From contig NW_021827494.1 of NCBI RefSeq assembly GCF_006345805.1, forward strand, positions 1 through 29,732: 29,732 nt of DNA, given 5' to 3'. Positions 22,247-29,732 of this stretch are shown here, one piece after another (position 1 is the first letter of the stretch; every line of letters begins with the position of its first letter). This DNA comes from Octopus sinensis. Taxonomy: Eukaryota. The notes below the pieces were generated by a model. It did not search any database and had not been told where the DNA came from. It was given only the letters and a program-made list of their open reading frames with translations. The position numbers and the translations under genes are program-made.

Positions 22247-22690
22247 CAACTTGAGTTTCATGCCACTGCGATCTCAAGCGAGAACTGGTCTTCCTGTTTA
22301 TGCTCATGGAGCAATCCAATAAAAACAGCAACTGGATACAAATATATTGGAAATGGTTTTGCTATTTGCGGCAATGAGTAAAATGAATGCGCTGTTGCTT
22401 GAGGTCGGCTGCCAAGCGGACGTAAATTTCTATAGAAATAGGGAATATTTATGGAGAAAAGGAGTGGAATTTACATCTGATGCATTCTGGATGAAGATTT
22501 TCATACCATTCTCACCAATTACTATAAATGCACTGGAAAATATGATAAAAGATTTATGCAAAATAATGAATTTGTCGGGGTCTCCAAGAATGAGCAAGGC
22601 AAACTGAGGCACACCATTCAAATCCTATCAACTGGTGATACAAGGAGTATTTGTAAAACATCTTCAATGCTTCTTCATTTTAGTTTCTTG
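22247..22690 (+). pseudogene. Degenerate sacsin-like (SRR-repeat) coding fragment
   Basis: After TTACTTTTTCTAG (acceptor-like, AG at 22245-22246) one frame reads LSFMPLRSQARTGLPVYAHGAIQ*...MNALLLEVGCQADVNF..EYLWR..DAFWMKIFIPF, resembling sacsin FCYLPL..TGLPVHING...WN..L.....AY....Y..WP. In-frame stops at 22320-22322 and 22605-22607. Confidence 0.45.
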
Positions 22691-22755
22691 GAAATGAACT
22701 TAACTACACAACCACGAGTGTGTATATAGCATATACGCATAAAGCGTAATTGCTT

Positions 22756-22789
<34 letters not shown>

Positions 22790-23534
22790 ACACACGCTTT
22801 CTTATCCTCTCACTCTCTCTCTTTCTCAAACACAAACATATGTACTAAAGAAACATGTACACCATTTGCACGACTGCAAGTACATCCACACCTATCCAGA
22901 CATACACCTCTATATATATATATGCACAAATTAACACATTCGTATGTCTCTTTTCAGATTATTCTAAGTCAATTTCAGTCAGCCTTAATCAGCTACAGAA
23001 CCTTCCAGATTTACTTTCACCTTTCTGAGGGATTTTGCTACTTTCAGTTAATCTTCCACGTTTTGGTATGCATTGTTTAGAAGAATTGAACTCAAATTCT
23101 CAACAATACGGCTGCTTATTTCTTAAAAGGAAAGAAGGGGAAATAATTAAGATGGTTACTTGTGTTTTCCGTGATGAGAGAATCAATTGATAGGATAGAT
23201 GGCTAGAGTGGAAGGTAACATGCGTTAGGACATAAGCATACTTCCAGGTAAAGAAAAAGAAGGTGGAGGAGGAGAAAAACAACAACAGCAACAACAACAA
23301 CAACAAGATATGAAATTGTTATTTGCCACTCGATAAAATGAAATATAATTAAATAAGTACATAGACACACATGTGTGAACACGTATACCAATATTTATAT
23401 ATCTATATATGAGCATGTATGCATGTACGCATGCATGTGTCTATGTATATATATCTTTGTATATATGTATATGTATATATGTCTATGCATGTACATACAT
23501 ATATACACATAGACCTATATATATATTATTATAC

Positions 23535-23566
<32 letters not shown>

Positions 23567-24133
23567 TATATATACATAGACCTATATATACATAGACTAT
23601 ATATATATATATGTTGTAGTGTATGTATGCAGAGAAAGAGAGAGCGTGAGAGTGTGTGTGTGTGAGAGAGAGTGAGAGAGAAGGACAAACGCATGCACTC
23701 GCACATATGCAGACATAGACACACACACACACATAACACGTGTCCAGTAAACGAGTAACAAACGCTAAGCAAACAACAATGAACTAAACAAACAAATAAA
23801 ACTCTTCAATTTCAAAAATGATCTCTTTTGTAGTCGGATTGAATTTCAATTACTGATGTTAACAAAAATAATAGACCTTACTGGAAATGATTGTTAAATA
23901 TTGAAGCAACAATAACTAATACAACAAATACTAATACTACGACCGCAGCTATTACAACTACAACAACAAAAACGAACAATTATATTGTTTTGATATAATA
24001 AAGTCTGTGGATCTCTGTAAACGATAAGATTTCCTTTTGGGAATGAACAGAAAGCGAACGTATATATTCACGTCATTCTATTGGGCATTAGATTCATGTC
24101 AATACAATATGGCTCTTATTACATGGACGTTTC

Positions 24134-24196
24134 CCGGAAGTTTTCCGGAAGTTTCCGGAACGAAAGCAACGAAATATTCTACCTCTAGACATGGCG
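24134..24196 (+). promoter_or_regulatory. Clustered ETS-type (CCGGAAGT) and YY1-like motifs
   Basis: CCGGAAGT at 24134-24141 and 24145-24152, CCGGAAC at 24155-24161, ACATGGCG at 24189-24196, in a unique island between microsatellites. Motif match only. Confidence 0.25.
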
Positions 24197-24299
24197 TCTG
24201 CTTTAACATTTTACCCAACTTAACAGCGTTTTGTTTCAATATATTACAAGCGGACATTTCGTTTATTTAGGCTCAAGTTTTTTCAATATTTAACTGGTG

Positions 24300-24373
24300 G
24301 ATGCAGTAGCAATGGTAGCAGCAGCAGCAGCAGCAGCAGCTGCAGCAGCAGCAGCAGTAGCAGTAGCAGTAGC

Positions 24374-24423
<50 letters not shown>

Positions 24424-24425
24424 AG
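24300..24425. repeat. (GCA)n-(GTA)n microsatellite
   Basis: Direct reading of trinucleotide runs. Confidence 0.95.
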
Positions 24426-25131
24426 GGTGGTGGTGGTTGTGTATTAATGGTGGAGAGTGGAGGGGTAGGAGGAGGAAGATGAATGAAGATAACGTCGACG
24501 GCAGTTTCGGAGAGGCAGAAATGGAAGTTGTTTGTGATGATAGTATGGCAGTAGTGTGGGTTGTGGATGTGTTTAGCTGGGAGCTCGGCATTATTATTTC
24601 TCCTGATTGAATATTCTTGTATTATCAACTTATAACTAACCATGGAATTGATCTTTTTCTTCGAAAACTGATCCCCCATCATTGTTGTTTCTTCTCGTTT
24701 GTTTAACGATTGAAACGAGAGGAATCCTCCAATACCGGCGGCTGAGGGGTTGCACGATTACAAATCAACCGAGAAGTAACTGGTGCCTTTACAGTCACCA
24801 ACGCCATTTTATCACCAAGATATCAACTCCCAACAACCGAATCTACTTAGAAGTAAAGGAACCCTTCGTGGGTATACTCAGCCCACGATTGTAAGCAACG
24901 GCTACGCTATTTCGTAGACGAATAAATAGCTAATTTGCATGGCGAGATCAATTAATCCCACTCGTGAAAATGCAAACCGGGTTAACCCACATCTCTTTCA
25001 TAGGAGTAGCTGTTATCACGTTATCACTTATAACTATATCAATCTCCAAACAGAGATCGTTGGTTCTTCGTAACTCAGCTGTAGTGCTGCTGACCTGTAT
25101 CAATAGTCACCTATCTCTGGGTGGCGATATG

Positions 25132-25546
25132 GGATCTTTTCGGTTTGAACGGCAGTTTTTAACATAACTTCTAGGTAACTAAACACTTTTAAACTTCGTA
25201 TACTGGTAGAATGTGTTTATAAAACATTTTTTTCTCTTGGCTTTATTGAGAAAATTCTATAGTTTGTAAGATATTTGTTGGGGGTTTTTTTCTTCAATTT
25301 CTGTAATTTCAACCAATCAATGACTATCTATTGAGGTGAAAACATTCTGTGCCGTATGAATATGTCCCTCGTTTAAGAAACAGATTGGGTTTATTTACAT
25401 TTGTGAAGAAAAAAAAGATACCCTTCCCCCACCCCTAACCCTAAAGCAGATTGAAATGCAATAGATCGATACTAGGGTCATAATTATGGGTGACAATTTC
25501 ATATGACACCGCTAGAAAAAAGCTGCCGTTCAAACCGAAAAGATCC
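25132..25546. mobile_element. 415-bp MITE with 24-bp perfect TIRs and 8-bp TSD (Merlin-like; hAT/P not excluded)
   Basis: Left GGATCTTTTCGGTTTGAACGGCAG (25132-25155) and right CTGCCGTTCAAACCGAAAAGATCC (25523-25546); GCGATATG duplicated at 25124-25131 and 25547-25554; non-coding interior. Confidence 0.9.
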
Positions 25547-25704
25547 GCGATATGATCTGTTACTGAAAGCAGCACTCAGTCACTGACGAGTGAGACGCTA
25601 TATTATAGTGTTTAGTTCAGTTACTTCCATGGGGAAGATCTATATGTGATGGACTCGTGTCTTTTACAGGAGGGGATTTATATTATGTCCCCTTCGTGCT
25701 AAAG

Positions 25705-25845
25705 AAGTGAATGGATAGAGTCGTTACAGCGCTGGATAGATAGAAAGCTGAGCAGCTTTTGTTCCGAATCTCTGCGATGTGGTCAAATTCTACCGAGGTC
25801 AACTTTGCTATTCGTCCTTTCTGGGGTTAAAAAAGTACCAGTACA
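25705..25845 (+). mobile_element. Degenerate SINE fragment (second family)
   Basis: GGTCAAATTCTACCGAGGTCAACTTTGCTATTCGTCCTTTCTGGGGTTAAAAAAGTACCAGT resembles a B-box-plus-core segment I recall from cephalopod SINEs; A box not clear. Confidence 0.4.
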
Positions 25846-26796
25846 GGTCGGTGAATTGAGGGAATTGTTGAAGGCTTGGGCAAGTTACCTTGTGTAATAT
25901 CTTCTGAAAATTTGCGTTCTGACATCAAGGCGTTTGATGACAGGTTGTATTTGGATCAAGCAGGTACCTTCTCTCTTGGATATACAAAATAGTGAGGAGA
26001 GGACAGACCTGCATGCCTGAACAACAGCTAATATCTGTGAAATAAATTTAGCCAACATTCTATGATGGACAAATGTAAACAACTTGTCTCTACAAACAAT
26101 ATATTTATGGACTGAAAATGACGCAAAAGAATTCCAACCCTCTGTTAGGATTACATCTGCAACTGAGTACCCTATAAAACTGTGCAAAAGCATTAATTAT
26201 GCACTCAGCATCACTGAAGCATCAAGTAAATCGGATTGAGTGATTTGCACATAAAGCGTATTTTTAGGAACTAGTTTGATTAATAAATTGCTTGCAATTA
26301 GCTGCTTGTTTCAACACTAATATAGAATAGATCTATATATTTTAGACAATTCTATATGTTATAGAGTTATACATTGCTCTCTTTCATAAGAATAGATGCT
26401 ATGACTTTTTTATCATTTAACACTGCAACGATCTCCTAACAGAGTTAGCTGGTTCTTTGTAAATCAACAGCAATGCAGCTGACCTGTGTCACCAACATTT
26501 TGTGCCTGAATAAAATGTACTCAGGGGTGGAAAAAGCAGCCCCCCCCCCCGATTAAAGGCCTATCAAATAATGTGCTCACAAACAACATGCTTCAGAAGA
26601 GGAATAAAGAGAAGTCAGTGGCCGATAAAATCCTTAACAGAGGAAAAGTGATCTCTTAGAAACCGTAGATAGGACGATACGTTTACATTTACCTAATACA
26701 TCTAATATTAGAGAAATAAACATGTGGGGGGGTGTATGTGCGTGTAATATATATATATATATATATATATATAGTAATAAACCATATATATATATA

Positions 26797-26988
26797 GGGA
26801 GAGTTTACGAAAAAAACAAAAGGCGAAGATAGGTGGTGTACAAAACAAACAGATGTATTAGTATAACGCTCAGGAATAGAAAAAGTCTTTTACGTTTCGA
26901 GCCTACGCTCTTCTAGAGAAAGGGACACAGAAAAAACAAGGAGAGAAAAAAATGTGTGTAGTGGCTAACGATCTATCATGGCGTCTGA
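26797..26988 (-). mobile_element. Short PLE-terminal-like fragment with atypical hammerhead-like motif
   Basis: Between (TA)n runs; minus strand 26887-26922 reads CUUU-CUCUAGAA-GAGC(GUAG)GCUC-GAAA-CG-UA-AAAG: stems I and II, GAAA and palindromic ACGU are present, but the 5' core is not CUGANGA. Confidence 0.4.
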
Positions 26989-27003
26989 TATATATATATA
27001 TAT

Positions 27004-27310
27004 ATATTAATCAAAGGACATACTGAGTATGTCTACCTACTAGAAATAAGTCAAATCTAATTATTTAAAATTCCGACAAAAACAGTATAATTACAAAAAG
27101 TAACAGTCTGCGAGCAGTCATTCAAAAGTATAGCATCCATTTATATATTCTGGATGCTATACTGGCATGTTGAATGATTTTCTTAACCCGTATACTCACA
27201 GACTGTTGTTTCTGTAACTATTGTCAGTGATTTAGTCGGCGATATAAATAATTAGTTTTGACTGTTATTTCTAGCAGGTAGTCATACTCATTATTTCCTT
27301 TGACTAATAT
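27004..27310. mobile_element. ~300-bp imperfect palindrome (foldback MITE-like)
   Basis: TAATCAAAGGACATACTGAGTATGTCTACCTACTAGAAATAA (from 27008) mirrors TTATTTCTAGCAGGTAGTCATACTCATTATTTCCTTTGACTA (to 27306); centre AGTATAGCATCCA..TGGATGCTATACT has perfect 13-bp arms. Confidence 0.75.
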
Positions 27311-27472
27311 AAATGTTAATCTTTCGACTATTTAATGCGTTTTTGGACCTGCAATCGCCTATATTATTAATTCTGTTATCATTTTTAATGATTTTATCTT
27401 AGTTAATAACAGAGTTAATGGCATCTCCGTAAATATTTTCTGCTGAACTATTACAAACTCCGTATTGCAATT

Positions 27473-27555
<83 letters not shown>

Positions 27556-27733
27556 TAATGGAAATAGAGAAATGCAATTGACATATTGAAAATTTATTAA
27601 CCTTAATAATATATTATACTATTTTTAGTTCGGATTTTTTCTCTACTATATTGTGGTATTTAACTGAAGAACCAGTGAAAATTGGATGTTTTCCATCCCT
27701 TACAAGGAAATTATTTTTTCCTTGGATTAATAA

Positions 27734-27780
<47 letters not shown>

Positions 27781-27994
27781 ATATATTATATATGCTTTGA
27801 AGCTGGCAAGTGATATTTATGCAAATATACACGCACTCTCGCACACACATGTTTACACACGCATACAGGCACGCACTACTATGAGTTGATAAAATATTTG
27901 TATATCTATATGTATATATATATTTTTATATATATTATATACATGTATAAATGTGTGAGTATGTGCACGTGCGTGTGTGTGTCCGTATGTATTG

Positions 27995-28056
<62 letters not shown>

Positions 28057-28434
28057 CATGCTTGTGTATATGTATGTGTATAAATATATATGTATATATG
28101 TATACATACATACATGTATACATATATATAATCACATACATCATTATTCAGCGTCACAATAAAAGAGACAGGACGTTAGTTTATATTCTAGAACGTTGAC
28201 CTTTGTGGCCACGCTGTAAGCAATATTAATTATTACTTAGATATGCTTATAATATATATATATATACAACTACATATATACGTATATGTGTGTGCATATA
28301 TCTATGTACATATATGTATATTAGTAAAATCATTCTGTTTTGACATTTAAAAGTCTAGTCAAATTTAAAGCTTTTCAATAATTACTGTATCATAACAGAG
28401 TGTTTATCTATCTCATTATTGGTATTATACATAC

Positions 28435-28485
<51 letters not shown>

Positions 28486-28657
28486 TAGGCAATATATCTC
28501 CCGTGACAGCCATCATCCTATTTCTTTACTTATTAAAACATATGCTGCAGTGAGTATAAATTTATATATTTTTATGTATGTGTGTGTGAGAGAGAGAGAG
28601 AGTGAGAGTGAGAGAGAGAGAGAGTGTGTGTGTGAGAGAGAGAGAGAGTGTGTGTGT

Positions 28658-28694
<37 letters not shown>

Positions 28695-28825
28695 GTGTAT
28701 GTGTGTGTGTACATGCATATTAGTCGGGGGAATCTTACAAAGGTAACACGAGAGTTTTGTATATGGAATTTAGCACGAAACTCTGAGCCTTCAATTCCCT
28801 TTTAAATTTCCATTTAGATATGATA

Positions 28826-28842
28826 GGCAGACATACAGACAT

Positions 28843-28882
<40 letters not shown>

Positions 28883-28981
28883 GATAGATAGATAGATAGA
28901 TAGAAGTAGCTAGAATAGATAGATAGATAGATAGATGGATAGATAGATATAGATAGATAGATAGTATATAGATAGATAGAT

Positions 28982-29016
<35 letters not shown>

Positions 29017-29082
29017 AGATATATAGATAGATAGATAGATAGATAGATAATATATAGATGATAGATGATAGATAGATAGATG

Positions 29083-29169
<87 letters not shown>

Positions 29170-29177
29170 GATAGATG

Positions 29178-29263
<86 letters not shown>

Positions 29264-29287
29264 ATAGATAGATAGATAGGATGGATA

Positions 29288-29329
<42 letters not shown>

Positions 29330-29370
29330 TAGATAGATAGATAGATAGATAGATAGAGATAGATAGATAA
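28826..29370. repeat. (GATA)n microsatellite
   Basis: About 540 bp of GATA units; source of the LSIY ORF. Confidence 0.97.
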
Positions 29371-29545
29371 CTTTTTATTGTAGCCACACAGGGCTAAACA
29401 ACAGAATAAAAATGGACGAAATACAATGTAGAATTTTTTCTTTTCGAGTGGGATGGGTGGGGCAAAAAAAAAAACTTTTGATCAATAAGACAGTTCGAAA
29501 AAGAACACATGAGTAAGTCGCCTCACTTCTCGTTGTCTCTTTTGG

Positions 29546-29732
29546 TTACAGATTTATGCTTAAAATAGTGTCGTCTTTCATACTGACCCATTTTTGCCAC
29601 TTTTAACCCCATTTTTATTAAACATTCGTTCGACAAAGCCTTCCTCTCTTCTCATCCTCCTTTTCAAGTGGTACTTGAAAAAGTTGACGAGAGACTGACC
29701 AGAGAGGAAGGTGTTTGTTTGCAGTCCTTTCA
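29546..29732 (-). pseudogene. Possible C-terminus of a LINE ORF2 (runs off the window)
   Basis: Minus strand KGLQTNTFLSGQSLVNFFKYHLKRRMRREE..FVERMF / VSMKDDTILSINL*, followed by about 170 bp of UTR-like sequence and then (TATC)n. No catalytic motif is visible; assignment is from memory. Confidence 0.35.

Noticed and set aside
25885-26193. 102-aa minus-strand ORF
   Set aside because: No recognisable motif or splice context.

Overview
AT-rich, microsatellite-saturated eukaryotic (metazoan) non-genic DNA. The composition and the SINE/LINE fragments resemble a cephalopod (octopus-like) genome, but this is an inference. No intact host protein-coding gene is recognisable, and most ORFs in the track are microsatellite artefacts. 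The window is a mosaic of mobile-element remains: a near-full-length frameshifted R4/Dong-type RLE non-LTR retrotransposon flanked by (TAA)-rich repeats (11244-15178), two Penelope-like (PLE) endonuclease-end remnants, a tRNA-derived SINE, a TIR MITE with an 8-bp TSD, a 300-bp palindrome, a tandemly repeated Helitron-like element, and a degenerate sacsin-like fragment. The most notable signal is RNA-level: at least nine minimal type I hammerhead ribozyme (HHR) motifs from four distinct sequence families. Two families lie in ~358-bp non-coding repeats with the same architecture (one inverted 5' copy, then direct copies, bounded by (TA)n), as expected for non-LTR retrozymes or PLE pseudo-LTRs. 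Family A carries the non-canonical U3:A8 covariant core (UUGAAAA). All folding was done by eye. Many copy-to-copy differences are homopolymer indels, so long-read assembly error is a caveat.
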